Shown in pieces: positions 9,275 to 19,283 of a stretch of 64,000 nt of DNA; position 1 is the first letter of the stretch, and every line of letters starts with the position of its first letter. A program made the translations under genes and the position numbers. Source of the DNA: Bacteroidota bacterium (GTDB lineage Bacteria > Bacteroidota > Bacteroidia > NS11-12g > UBA955). The stretch lies in the NCBI GenBank assembly GCA_947451105.1, contig CANFXY010000002.1:1845-65844 (forward strand), written 5' to 3'. The notes under the pieces were generated by a model, which saw nothing but the letters and a program-made list of their open reading frames with translations, had not been told where the DNA came from and did no database searches.

Positions 9275-10536
9275 TAAATAGATTCTAAATTATACTGTTT
9301 AATCTTCCTATATAAAGTCCTCTCAGATATCCCTAACTCCTTAGCTGCTTTATTGCGTTTACCTTTATTTCTTTGCAAAGCCCTCTTTATCATGTCCAAT
9401 TCTTGGTCTGCAATGGTTAAACTTTCTTGCTCATGGTCATCAAAAGGCTGAACATCTATAACATTGCTTCTAATAATTGGAGGCGCATTGTTGTTGCTTG
9501 GTATAATTACCGGTTTATCATAGGTGTCACCATAATAATTTTCATTGTATAAAACATGCTTAATATCTTCCTTATTATTTTGAATAAACTCATCGCGGTT
9601 TGTGCTGTTTTCAACCAATCCAACCACAATTCTTTTCAAGTCGCTGACATCTTTTTTCATGTCAATTAAAAACTTGTAGAATATATCTCTTTCGCTCATG
9701 CCCTGAGATGACATTCCATCAGAGGATCCAAATGCCAAAGGCAAATTTTTATCCGATTGAGGCAGATACATGTTTAATATTTCAGGTGAAATAGGGCTAT
9801 TATCAGCCTCTAGTACACAGATTTGTTCTGTAATATTTTTTAATTGCCTGATGTTACCCGGCCAATCGTAACTGATTAGAAGGTTCTGAGCATCGGCATC
9901 CAATTGCACCAATGGTGCGTGGTTCTTTTCAGAAAAACTGGTTGCAAATTTTCTGAACAACAAAGCAATATCAGGCTTGCGCTCACTTAATCTCGGCACC
10001 CTAATTGGCACTGTTGCCAAACGGTAATATAAATCCTCTCTAAACTTTCCTTGAGTTGCTCTCTCTAGTAAATCTCTATTGGTTGCAGCTACAACCCTTA
10101 CGTTGGTTTTTAAAACTTTAGATGAACCAACTTTAATAAATTCTCCGTTTTCTAAAACCCTTAACAAACGGGCTTGTGTTCCCAATGGCAATTCTCCAAC
10201 TTCATCTAAGAAAATTGTACCACCACTCACCGATTCAAAGTATCCTTTTCTAGCATCCGTAGCTCCGGTGAAAGATCCCTTTTCATGTCCGAACAATTCA
10301 GAATCTATTGTTCCTTCTGGTATTGCACCACAATTGACTGCAATAAAGTTACCATGCTTCCTTGAACTAAGGGCATGTATAATTTTTGAAAACGATTCTT
10401 TACCTACGCCACTTTCCCCTGTAATCAAAACACTCATGTCCGTTGGAGCTACCTTTACAGCTGTCTCCAAGGCATGATTTAAAGCAGGTGAATTACCTAC
10501 TATTTCAAATCTATTTTTAATTGCTTGAAGTTCCAT
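9274..10536 (-). CDS. sigma-54-dependent transcriptional activator (AAA+ plus Fis-type HTH, no sensor domain)
   Basis: Walker A GESGVGKE at residues 40-47; ELFGHEKGSFTGA (GAFTGA variant); RVVAATN; C-terminal AAKELGISERTLYRKIK. Confidence 0.85.
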   Translation of the reverse strand: MELQAIKNRFEIVGNSPALNHALETAVKVAPTDMSVLITGESGVGKESFSKIIHALSSRKHGNFIAVNCGAIPEGTIDSELFGHEKGSFTGATDARKGYFESVSGGTIFLDEVGELPLGTQARLLRVLENGEFIKVGSSKVLKTNVRVVAATNRDLLERATQGKFREDLYYRLATVPIRVPRLSERKPDIALLFRKFATSFSEKNHAPLVQLDADAQNLLISYDWPGNIRQLKNITEQICVLEADNSPISPEILNMYLPQSDKNLPLAFGSSDGMSSQGMSERDIFYKFLIDMKKDVSDLKRIVVGLVENSTNRDEFIQNNKEDIKHVLYNENYYGDTYDKPVIIPSNNNAPPIIRSNVIDVQPFDDHEQESLTIADQELDMIKRALQRNKGKRNKAAKELGISERTLYRKIKQYNLESI

Positions 10537-11951
10537 TAGTTTATCGCTTTTCCAATAAGTGTTGTACTTGTTACTCTTTCAATTTTAACATTTACATAAT
10601 CCCCAATTTGGTAATTTTCTTTAGGAAATACCACCTTGATGTTTTGGTCGTTTCTACCAGATAAATCATCCTTACTTTTCTTAGAAAAAGAATCTACCAA
10701 TACCCTTACTTCTTTGCCTATAAATGTTTGATTATTTTGCAAAGACAATTGGTTTTGTAATGTAATAATTTCTGTTAATCTGCGAGACTTGACGTCTTCA
10801 GGGACATCATCAGTCATTTTCTTTTGAGCCAAAGTTCCCGGTCTCTCACTGTATTTATACATGTAACTGAACCCAAATCTTGAGAGCGCCATTAAACTCA
10901 ATGTATCTTGATGCTCTTCTTCAGTTTCAGTGCAGAAACCTGCAATTATATCGCAGCTAATTCCACATTCTGGAATAATTTCTCTGATTGTATTAACCCT
11001 CTCTAAATACCATTCTCTGGTATAGGTTCTATTCATTGCTTCTAATACCCTTGTATTTCCGCTTTGAGCAGGCAAATGAATATATTTACAAATATTGTCG
11101 TATTTCTTAATGGTGTAAATAACCTCGTTGCTGATGTCCTTAGGGTGTGAGGTACTAAATCTTATACGCATATTGGGATCAACCAAGGCCACCATTTCCA
11201 ATAAGGCTGCAAAATTTACGGCAGAATTCTTTTGATCCTCACTGGCATTTTTAAATTCAACTTTAGGACCACCACCAAACCACAAATAACTGTCAACATT
11301 TTGACCCAATAAAGTGATTTCTTTATAACCTGCAGCACTCAAATCTCTAACTTCTTGCACTATACTTTCAGGATTTCTACTTCTTTCTCTACCTCTGGTA
11401 AATGGAACCACACAAAACGTACACATGTTGTCACAACCTCTCATAATAGAAACGAAAGCCGAAACACCATTTGTATTTAAACGCATTGGTGAAATCTCTG
11501 CATAGGTCTCTTCCCTGCTTAATAAAACGTTTATGGCTTTATTTCCATCCTCAACCTCTGCCACCAATTTAGGCAAATCTCGGTATGAATCTGGGCCGGC
11601 AACAACATCAACCAATTTCTCTTCTTCTAATAATTTAGTTTTCAGTCTTTCGGCCATACAGCCCAATACACCTATTATTAAATCTTGATTTTTCTTCTTG
11701 TTGTTTCTTAAAGCTTTTAATCGATCCCTTATTGTTTTCTCGGCATTATCTCTAATTGCGCAAGTATTTAAAAAAATAACGTTGGCCGCAAATTCATCAT
11801 TGGTATGGGTGTATCCATGCTCTGTTAAAATGGATCCAATAATTTCACTGTCACTAAAATTCATCGCACAACCATAACTCTCAATATAAAATTGCTTTTT
11901 GAGCTCCGTTGTATTGCTTGATATTCCTTCTAAAACTTGAATTTCCTGCAT
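10536..11951 (-). CDS. miaB: tRNA-i6A37 methylthiotransferase
   Basis: YGCAMN and NTCAIR in the N-terminal domain; radical-SAM CDNMCTFC; C-terminal TRAM-like domain. Confidence 0.9.
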   Translation of the reverse strand: MQEIQVLEGISSNTTELKKQFYIESYGCAMNFSDSEIIGSILTEHGYTHTNDEFAANVIFLNTCAIRDNAEKTIRDRLKALRNNKKKNQDLIIGVLGCMAERLKTKLLEEEKLVDVVAGPDSYRDLPKLVAEVEDGNKAINVLLSREETYAEISPMRLNTNGVSAFVSIMRGCDNMCTFCVVPFTRGRERSRNPESIVQEVRDLSAAGYKEITLLGQNVDSYLWFGGGPKVEFKNASEDQKNSAVNFAALLEMVALVDPNMRIRFSTSHPKDISNEVIYTIKKYDNICKYIHLPAQSGNTRVLEAMNRTYTREWYLERVNTIREIIPECGISCDIIAGFCTETEEEHQDTLSLMALSRFGFSYMYKYSERPGTLAQKKMTDDVPEDVKSRRLTEIITLQNQLSLQNNQTFIGKEVRVLVDSFSKKSKDDLSGRNDQNIKVVFPKENYQIGDYVNVKIERVTSTTLIGKAIN

Positions 11952-11958
11952 GGGAGGG

Positions 11959-11966
11959 CAAAGATA
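11959..11966 (-). promoter_or_regulatory. candidate -7 box (TAnnTTTG on minus strand)
   Basis: CAAAGATA on the plus strand equals TATCTTTG; 7 nt before the miaB ATG. Confidence 0.45.
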
Positions 11967-12047
11967 ATATTTACCTATGACATATTGGCAGAAAAGTGAT
12001 GGTTTTTTCGATTAAATCGATGTATAAAAGCATCGATATCTTTGGTA

Positions 12048-12461
12048 TTACTCCCATTGGTCGCGATCAGTCATGTCCTCAGGGGCTTCATGCTGATGGC
12101 CTTCACAGGATAATTTTCCTTCTGCGTTCTGTTGTCCCAATGTCCATTCATCCGTTCTTGTGGTTTCAATATACAATTCTCCTGATTTTCTGAATATTTG
12201 AACATGCAATCCAAAACTCTCATCTATGAGTTGCTCAAATGAATTTACAGTTGTCATAGCATCTATCTCTACAACACCACCTTCTTCGTTCTTTAATAAT
12301 GAACTTAGATTTTGCGTATTGTCATACATACTGGCCTTATTTGAACCACTAGATGCCATATGCGCACTTTCAAAGAATTCGATTTTTAAATATGGGAAGT
12401 ATACATGAAACTGTTTCTTCAAATCTTGAACAGTCATGTTGGCTAAAATATTAATCTTCAT
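12048..12461 (-). CDS. hypothetical protein
   Basis: 137 aa ORF with its own -7 box; no motif recognised. Confidence 0.5.
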   Translation of the reverse strand: MKINILANMTVQDLKKQFHVYFPYLKIEFFESAHMASSGSNKASMYDNTQNLSSLLKNEEGGVVEIDAMTTVNSFEQLIDESFGLHVQIFRKSGELYIETTRTDEWTLGQQNAEGKLSCEGHQHEAPEDMTDRDQWE

Positions 12462-12465
12462 CTCA

Positions 12466-12473
12466 CAAAATTA
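12466..12473 (-). promoter_or_regulatory. candidate -7 box (TAnnTTTG on minus strand)
   Basis: CAAAATTA equals TAATTTTG; 4 nt before the ATG at 12461. Confidence 0.45.
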
Positions 12474-12519
12474 GGGGCAAGTTTATTCGCCTAAAGTGAG
12501 CAAAATCAGTATTTAAAAA

Positions 12520-14559
12520 TTATCTAATGTTTAAGCTGTATATCACACAACCCTTAATAACATCACCATTGCCTTCTTCTCCGTTGTAAGCAAATTGAAT
12601 TTTATTCTCACCTTCCTTAAATAAATTCGAACTTACTTGAACCATATTCATTCCAATTGAAGAAGACTTTCCATTTGGTTTGATGGCTACTTGTTGGTCG
12701 TTGATTAAAATAAAAGCTTCAACATCACTGTCTATACCTTCGGTGTTTAATACCAAGTTAACCATTGCTGGCAAAGACGCCTTATTAATATTAATACTCA
12801 TTGGCATAGAGCCCAATTGGTTAGGGTTTTTTCCAAGTTCAACTACGAAACTGCTCTCGTATGACTTAGGTTTAGACTTATCCCAACTAAATACTTTTAC
12901 CGCACCATCTTCACAAGCAGAGAAATGGAATTCAAAATTCTGTTCAACGAACTGTTTTGCCCTTGGATCTGTTAATGCATTGTCAAAATAATAGTCTGCC
13001 AACAACCATCCTCTCTTGTTCTCATTAAATGTTTTTACCAATTGCTCATAGGTATTGGCACTCAATTTTCTTTTATCTGGTAAATTGCTGACGTAATCTT
13101 TGGTTTTGGCATCAAAGTGCATTTGTCTAAACCAAACAACCGAATCCAAACCTAAATAAAATCTTGGTGCAAACTGTACCGTTGCCATTATAACATCGCC
13201 CTTCTGCATTCTGTCCTTTATAAACAAACAAGGTTGTTTCCAATTGACATAATGTATTTCTGATATCTCCTTAGCAACGATATTGCCGTGGGTTTGGGTC
13301 TTAAGCATTTCACCGATTTCTTTCCTCTTGCTAACGCCTACAATTAATAAGACAAATGCAAGGGTGCAAATAGATAAGTATGATTTTGAGTTCTCGGTAA
13401 ATGATTTACTTAGATACTTCATCAAATTAAATGCTATGTAATACAAGCTGTATGCAGCACTAATTAAGAAAATTGGATAAATATACGTTAAGTATTTAGC
13501 ATGAACAGGTTCTCTAAAAACAAAACCCATCAATAAAAATGGAACAACAAAACTTGAAACTAAAAGATAAGCCAATTTTCTGTTCTTGATAAATGCTAAA
13601 ACAAAACCGCACCAACCTAAGTACTTAAGACCTTTAAAATCATTGTTTATTACGCCTGTATATACATCGAATGAATTGTAAAATTTATCGCCATCAATTG
13701 CAGCGACTGCAGCTTTCAAATCAGGTAAAATTAAAGTTGCCATATTGCCTGGCAAGAAAATCTCTATAATTGGCCTCATCATTTTATTGCCGATGGGGGT
13801 CAACATAAATACCACCGCAAGGACATTTAAATAAAACAATAAATTATAAGCATTAAATTTTAATGGATTAGATTTCTTAGTAATCCAAGATTCAATTGCT
13901 ACAAAGCTTCCATAAAATCCAGCACTAAAAATAAACAAGAAGCAAATTAACTGACTAAGCATTGACAACAACAAGGCAATTAGCGTAAGCCATAAATACT
14001 TGGGGTTGATTCCGAATGTCGACCATGCGTTTTCTTGCTTAGATTTTACTTCTAGCATCATCCAAAAACTTAGTATTAATGGGACATAAAAAGTAGAAAC
14101 CATTCCATAAGGGCGGTCTACTCTGCTCCAAAACATTAAATAAAGTGAAAAACAAACAAATATTGCAGCCATTAAGCCAACTTTGTAATTGGCTATTTGC
14201 TTACCTAAAACATAAGTAGCTGGAACCAAAGCTGCACCGAGCAAAGCTACAGGGAAACGCATAGAAAACTCATTGTGTCCAAGTACATAAGCAAACAATG
14301 TATTCAACCAAGTTAATAATATACCATTGTTTTCTCCATGCTTAAATTGGCCCTTAATTGCAGCCAAAGCATGCATGTATTCATCTACCCATAAAGATAG
14401 AAATCCAAGTCTATACAAACGTAAAAACAATGCAATTACTCCGAATATTATCGCAATTTTTAATGCATTTTTTTCAATAAATCCAGGACTCAGAACGGTC
14501 GATTTATTCTGAACACTTGCCTTTGGGTTATTTAGCTTAGTGGTATTTGCTTTTGCCAT
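12520..14559 (-). CDS. GT-C fold membrane glycosyltransferase (ArnT/PMT-like, GT39/GT83 type)
   Basis: 679 aa; more than 10 TM helices; acidic WVDEY motif in the first loop; soluble C-terminal domain of about 230 aa. Confidence 0.7.
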   Translation of the reverse strand: MAKANTTKLNNPKASVQNKSTVLSPGFIEKNALKIAIIFGVIALFLRLYRLGFLSLWVDEYMHALAAIKGQFKHGENNGILLTWLNTLFAYVLGHNEFSMRFPVALLGAALVPATYVLGKQIANYKVGLMAAIFVCFSLYLMFWSRVDRPYGMVSTFYVPLILSFWMMLEVKSKQENAWSTFGINPKYLWLTLIALLLSMLSQLICFLFIFSAGFYGSFVAIESWITKKSNPLKFNAYNLLFYLNVLAVVFMLTPIGNKMMRPIIEIFLPGNMATLILPDLKAAVAAIDGDKFYNSFDVYTGVINNDFKGLKYLGWCGFVLAFIKNRKLAYLLVSSFVVPFLLMGFVFREPVHAKYLTYIYPIFLISAAYSLYYIAFNLMKYLSKSFTENSKSYLSICTLAFVLLIVGVSKRKEIGEMLKTQTHGNIVAKEISEIHYVNWKQPCLFIKDRMQKGDVIMATVQFAPRFYLGLDSVVWFRQMHFDAKTKDYVSNLPDKRKLSANTYEQLVKTFNENKRGWLLADYYFDNALTDPRAKQFVEQNFEFHFSACEDGAVKVFSWDKSKPKSYESSFVVELGKNPNQLGSMPMSININKASLPAMVNLVLNTEGIDSDVEAFILINDQQVAIKPNGKSSSIGMNMVQVSSNLFKEGENKIQFAYNGEEGNGDVIKGCVIYSLNIR

Positions 14560-14562
14560 AGT

Positions 14563-15330
14563 CTATTTAACAAAGAATCTTTTTACAATTAATATTAATG
14601 TATTCTTGATGGTGCGACCAACATTCATCTTGCTCATTCCACCCTTTTGGTCGTATCTCAAAATTAAAGGCGTTTCGCCAAATAAAAGTTTACGTCTACG
14701 CAATTTTAATAATATATCCACCAAACATTGAAAACCATCTTGGTCTACAAATCGGTCACCGTATTCGGCCATCGCATTTTTAAGCACATCAGCCCTTATT
14801 GCCCTATAACCACAAGTATAATCTCTTACACCTTTGATTGGGTACGTTAATCTAAAAATAATTGATGCTGTATAGCTCAATAATTGTCTGTACCACACCA
14901 AACCAATAACCCTTGCGCCAGATTGAAAGCGTGAGGCAATTACCACATCGTGACCCTCTATAATCATTCTTATTAAACGAAGTATTAATCCAGGATTATG
15001 GGTAGCATCTGCATCCATAGTGATAATGATATCATTTTTGCTTGAATATTGCACAGCGCGATACAAACCATCTCTTATCGTTGCGCCTAGACCTAAATTT
15101 ACCTCGTGAACCAATACCTCAATTGGCATTGTTTTAGCCATATCCTCAACAATTGCTTGGGTATTGTCTCTACTTCCGTCGTTTACAACAAAAACTTTAT
15201 AATTGATCTTGCTGTCTTCTTCTAATGCGTATCTGATCTGGCTTAATAACTCGCCAATATTTTCTTCTTCATTGTAGGCAGGTAATACCACCAATACCTC
15301 CCTCGACCTTTGCACTTCCATTCTATTCAA
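14563..15330 (-). CDS. GT2 polyprenyl-phosphate glycosyltransferase (DPM1/ArnC/GtrB-like)
   Basis: VVLPAYNEEENI, VNDGSRDNT, MDADATH (DxD). Confidence 0.8.
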   Translation of the reverse strand: MNRMEVQRSREVLVVLPAYNEEENIGELLSQIRYALEEDSKINYKVFVVNDGSRDNTQAIVEDMAKTMPIEVLVHEVNLGLGATIRDGLYRAVQYSSKNDIIITMDADATHNPGLILRLIRMIIEGHDVVIASRFQSGARVIGLVWYRQLLSYTASIIFRLTYPIKGVRDYTCGYRAIRADVLKNAMAEYGDRFVDQDGFQCLVDILLKLRRRKLLFGETPLILRYDQKGGMSKMNVGRTIKNTLILIVKRFFVK

Positions 15331-16318
15331 AGTAATTTTTTAGTGATTTAACTTTATCGTAGTTGTCTTTGTACCACTTAATGGTTTTTTCAAGACCTTC
15401 TCTGATATTAACTTTCGGGGCATAACCTAATTCACCCGCAGACCTCGAAAGATCGCTAACTCTATCTTTAACCTTATCCCAATTTCTTGCAGGTTTAAAT
15501 ACCAAATTTGATTGTGATTGAGCAACCTCTTTGATAATTTCAGCCATATTTGCTACCTCTGTCTTACTTCCTGTTCCTCCATTGAAAATCTCACCATCTT
15601 TTGATGGACTTAATGCAGCACTCAGCATTAAATCTATAAGGTCGTCTACATAAGTAAAGTCACGTGTTTCTTTACCAGTACCAGTAATAACCAAATCTTC
15701 TCCATTTAAAGCTTTCTCAATAAAATTTGGAATTACATTTCTGTACTTACCAGCCAATTCATAAGGTCCATAAGTATTGAAAATACGAATTGAAACGGTA
15801 GGCACATGAAATAAATGCGCATAATATTGGGTATACAACTCAGCGGTATATTTGTTAATGCTATATGGCGTTTCTGAAGGATAAATGTATACACCTTCAT
15901 CCATATTTTCTGCGGTTCCATATACACAGCTGCTGCTCGCATAAACAAACTTTTTAAGACTTTTGTGAAACTTTAGAATTTCTAATAAACTTACAGTTCC
16001 AACAATATTCGTTTGTATATCACTGAAAGGATGGTCTACTGAATTCTGATTTGCAAAATGTGCAGCCAAATGAAACACATAATCAAATTCATGTTGATTG
16101 ATAACAAAATTTAATTTGTCCATCTTATCAATATCCATTCCTACAAATGTAATTCTGTTGTCATCAGGCAGAAATACAGCCATTCCAGACGACTGATTGT
16201 CCATGATGACAATTTTAGAAACTTCATTTTGCAATAATCTTCTAACAAGGTTATTTCCAATAAACCCTGCACCTCCGGTCACTAATATCCGGGCATTTCT
16301 GAATGCCGTATAATCCAT
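15323..16318 (-). CDS. NAD-dependent nucleotide-sugar epimerase/dehydratase (extended SDR)
   Basis: Start moved to MDYTAF...; VTGGAGFIGNNL Rossmann motif; catalytic YSINK (YxxxK); the longer ORF to 16474 would overlap the divergent S41 gene. Confidence 0.85.
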   Translation of the reverse strand: MDYTAFRNARILVTGGAGFIGNNLVRRLLQNEVSKIVIMDNQSSGMAVFLPDDNRITFVGMDIDKMDKLNFVINQHEFDYVFHLAAHFANQNSVDHPFSDIQTNIVGTVSLLEILKFHKSLKKFVYASSSCVYGTAENMDEGVYIYPSETPYSINKYTAELYTQYYAHLFHVPTVSIRIFNTYGPYELAGKYRNVIPNFIEKALNGEDLVITGTGKETRDFTYVDDLIDLMLSAALSPSKDGEIFNGGTGSKTEVANMAEIIKEVAQSQSNLVFKPARNWDKVKDRVSDLSRSAGELGYAPKVNIREGLEKTIKWYKDNYDKVKSLKNYFE

Positions 16319-16399
16319 ACTTTTTAAAGTTCCGAAACTAAAATAAATAAATGGCTTAGACAAGCATATAATTTTTAGGTAAAATCTATCAAAATGAAC

Positions 16400-16407
16400 T
16401 ATTTTTG
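16400..16407 (+). promoter_or_regulatory. candidate -7 box (TAnnTTTG)
   Basis: TATTTTTG, 5 nt before the ATG at 16413. Confidence 0.45.
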
Positions 16408-16412
16408 TTTTT

Positions 16413-18050
16413 ATGTTTTCGAAGAAAAAACTGATTCTAGGTGTACTAATTTTAGGTGTTTTATTTGGCTTCAAACAAGCCGATGAATACTTTGAAATTA
16501 GTAAAAATCTTGAGATTTTTGGCGCCGTTTACAAAACCATCAACAATGAATATGTGGAAGAAGTAAATCCCGGTGATTTAATGAAAAAAGGAATTGATGC
16601 TATGCTATCATCGCTAGATCCTTATACCAATTACTTCAATGAAAGTCAAGCTGAAGAAGCAATGATTAGACAAAGGGGTGAATACGGTGGTGTTGGATGC
16701 AGAAGCAAAAGGATAGGCGATTATATTTACATCACCGAAGTATTTGAAGGTTTGCCTGCTGATAAAGCCGGATTAAGAGTTGGAGATAAAATCTTAGAAA
16801 TAAATGGAAAAGCATTTTTAAATAAAAATGATGAAGAACTCGGTGAAAACCTAAAAGGATCTCCAGGCACCAAAGCAAGTTTATTGATCGACCGACAAGG
16901 AAGTCAAATGAAAATTGAAATAACGCGTGAGGAGATAAAAATCAAAAACGTTAGTTTTTACGGTCTTGTTAATCCGAACACTGGTTATATCAAACTTGAC
17001 CATTTCATGAATGGAGCTGCATCTGAAATCAAAGAAGCCCTAATTAAAATGAAGGCCCAAGGGATCAAACAGGTTATTCTAGATCTAAGAGAAAATGGCG
17101 GTGGATTGCTTCATGAAGCTGTAAACATTGTCAATATTTTTGTAGCCATGGATGAACAGGTAGTCGTTTCCAAAGGGCGATCTAAAGATGCTTACAGAGA
17201 ATACAAAACCCTAGATCCACCAGTAGATCAAAACATACCACTCGTGGTATTGGTCAACAACCATTCAGCATCAGCAAGTGAAATCGTTTCTGGTGCGATT
17301 CAAGATTTGGACCGCGGTATCGTTATCGGTAGAAATACCTTTGGAAAAGGTTTGGTACAAAACGTCATTCCTTTGGCCTACAGAAACCAAATGAAAATTA
17401 CCATCGCTAAATATTATATCCCATCAGGCAGATGTATTCAATTATTGGATTACAGCAACAAAGGAGCGGATGGCAAAGCCATTGCTATAGCTGACAGTTT
17501 GCGCAAAAAATTCAAAACCAGAAATGGTAGGGTTGTATTAGACGGAGGAGGTGTAAGACCAGATATAGCTGTTGATATTGCCAAACAAAGTAATATGGTT
17601 ACCGCCTTAGACAAAAGCAATTTACTATTTGAATTTGCCAACAAATACAGAAATGAACATCCTACAATCGAAGCAATAGGAACTTTCAAAATAAATAACG
17701 AACTTTTTAATGAATTTAAAACATTTGTGAATGGCAAAACTTTCTCATACAAAAGTGCAACAGAGCTAAGTATCGAAAAGCTCAAAGCCAGTGCAAATGA
17801 AGATCATTTTAATGAATCGATCAAACTTGAAATTGAACAATTAGAAAAATCGTTATTAAAAGCTAAAAATATAGAAATCGAATCCAATAAGCTTGAAATA
17901 AAACAAATGCTTAAACAAGAAATTGCCAGCAGATATTACTACGAAAAAGCCAATATTCTTATTAGCTTCTATGAAGATCCTGATATCTTAAAAGCCATAG
18001 AGACATTTGCCAACACAGTTAATTACATGCAAATTCTAAATAGAAAATAA
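16413..18050 (+). CDS. S41-family C-terminal processing peptidase with PDZ domain
   Basis: PDZ segment GLPADKAGLRVGDKILEING; catalytic region NNHSASASEIVSGA and GKGLVQ. Confidence 0.85.
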   Translation: MFSKKKLILGVLILGVLFGFKQADEYFEISKNLEIFGAVYKTINNEYVEEVNPGDLMKKGIDAMLSSLDPYTNYFNESQAEEAMIRQRGEYGGVGCRSKRIGDYIYITEVFEGLPADKAGLRVGDKILEINGKAFLNKNDEELGENLKGSPGTKASLLIDRQGSQMKIEITREEIKIKNVSFYGLVNPNTGYIKLDHFMNGAASEIKEALIKMKAQGIKQVILDLRENGGGLLHEAVNIVNIFVAMDEQVVVSKGRSKDAYREYKTLDPPVDQNIPLVVLVNNHSASASEIVSGAIQDLDRGIVIGRNTFGKGLVQNVIPLAYRNQMKITIAKYYIPSGRCIQLLDYSNKGADGKAIAIADSLRKKFKTRNGRVVLDGGGVRPDIAVDIAKQSNMVTALDKSNLLFEFANKYRNEHPTIEAIGTFKINNELFNEFKTFVNGKTFSYKSATELSIEKLKASANEDHFNESIKLEIEQLEKSLLKAKNIEIESNKLEIKQMLKQEIASRYYYEKANILISFYEDPDILKAIETFANTVNYMQILNRK

Positions 18051-18883
18051 TGGATTTTACTGATTATAGTATTTGGTTCTTTCTGGGAATAATTCTTTTG
18101 GGGTTTGCTGGAGGATTTCTCGCAGGTATGCTGGGCGTTGGTGGTGGATTGGTTTTTGTTCCGGTTTTTCAAGAAATTGTAAAGAACCATGAAGTGTCTG
18201 CTGATAAGGTGCCCTATGTATTAGCAAACAGTTTATTAATTGTTTTTGTGGTAGGAATCAGTGGCAGTATAAAACACATTAAAATTAAAAATACCAATCT
18301 TCCAGCTGCTTTAACAACGGGACTTGCAGCTGTCTTTTCTTCCCTTTTACTTTCCTACATTCTAAGATATTTTCATATCAATGACCAAAAAATGTTTAAC
18401 TACATTTTTTGCGCTATTTTACTTGTTACAGGAATTAGAATGTGGTATGGTAAAGCACCAAAGGGAAGTGTTGAAGATGAAACCATAACCATTCCAAAAC
18501 TTAAAAACTTTGTTCCTGCAGGGTTTATAGCAGGTTTAATTACAGCAATAACCGGCTTAGGCGGAGGTGTCATTTTAATTCCATATTTCAACAAAGTTCT
18601 TAAGCTGCCTATAAAATTTTCAACGGGTCTATCTTTAACAGTCATCCCAATTATCGCACTTCCTCTGTTGCTATTTTATATGTTTAACAAACCTGAAATG
18701 GAGTTATTTAAAGGACTCCAAACAGGTCACATTTTATGGCCAACAGTAGTGCCGATGATTATAGCAGCTGCCATTGCTTCTCCATTTGGAATCAAAACTG
18801 CACAGAAAATGAGCTCAAACACCTTGCTTATTATTTTCTTGATCTTTATTACCGTTAACATGACCAAAATTCTATTCTTTTAA
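18050..18883 (+). CDS. TauE/SafE-family anion exporter membrane protein
   Basis: 277 aa; about 8 TM; repeated G-rich helices (GGFLAGMLGVGGG, GLGGGVILIP). Confidence 0.7.
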   Translation: MDFTDYSIWFFLGIILLGFAGGFLAGMLGVGGGLVFVPVFQEIVKNHEVSADKVPYVLANSLLIVFVVGISGSIKHIKIKNTNLPAALTTGLAAVFSSLLLSYILRYFHINDQKMFNYIFCAILLVTGIRMWYGKAPKGSVEDETITIPKLKNFVPAGFIAGLITAITGLGGGVILIPYFNKVLKLPIKFSTGLSLTVIPIIALPLLLFYMFNKPEMELFKGLQTGHILWPTVVPMIIAAAIASPFGIKTAQKMSSNTLLIIFLIFITVNMTKILFF

Positions 18884-18887
18884 ATTT

Positions 18888-19283
18888 ATGAAAACAAATA
18901 TTTTAATGCTACTAAGTTTCGCTTTACTTAGCTTTACAACCTTTGACCAAGATAAAATCAAAATTCAAATCATAAAACCAGTTGAAAAATGGGTACATCA
19001 GCCAATGGATACCATTTGGATTGAAGCTGATGTCCGCTCAAGTGAGCAGTTACACAATATTTCAATTGAAGTATTGAATCTCAATGACAGTGTTGTTTTA
19101 TACAATAAAAACATTCATACGCATTCAAATGCCGCACATGTAAAAGAATTTTTTATCAACCCATTAATTGAAAAAAAAGGTTTAAGATTGACCATCAAAA
19201 CCAACGACCACTCTGGTAAAGTTACGGCAAGCGAATGGTTGAATTTTAGCACAGCAGCTAGAAAGAAAAAATCTAGTAAATAG
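18888..19283 (+). CDS. hypothetical secreted protein
   Basis: 131 aa; N-terminal signal peptide; basic tail; no family recognised. Confidence 0.45.
   Translation: MKTNILMLLSFALLSFTTFDQDKIKIQIIKPVEKWVHQPMDTIWIEADVRSSEQLHNISIEVLNLNDSVVLYNKNIHTHSNAAHVKEFFINPLIEKKGLRLTIKTNDHSGKVTASEWLNFSTAARKKKSSK

Noticed and set aside
10079-10477. 132-aa plus-strand ORF antisense to the sigma-54 activator gene
   Set aside because: It lies entirely within a strongly supported CDS carrying Walker A and GAFTGA-type motifs. It has no independent start context.
12016-12037. Hairpin ATCGATG-n8-CATCGAT 11 nt after the stop of the 137-aa gene; also AT-only hairpins at 765-782 (after the nfu-like gene) and 51625-51643 (after the ABC exporter)
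   Set aside because: They are possible weak terminators. However, the stems are short or purely A/T and are not followed by a convincing U-run on the relevant strand, so I do not list them as features.
16319-16474. N-terminal extensions in the longest-ORF models (16474 for the SDR gene; also 828, 6433, 31517, 37185, 38404, 44104, 49853, 63045, 63995)
   Set aside because: The extensions overlap divergent genes or contain the -7 promoter box. In each case the internal Met restores a normal N-terminus: a Rossmann fold, a signal peptide with lipobox, or the family-typical start.
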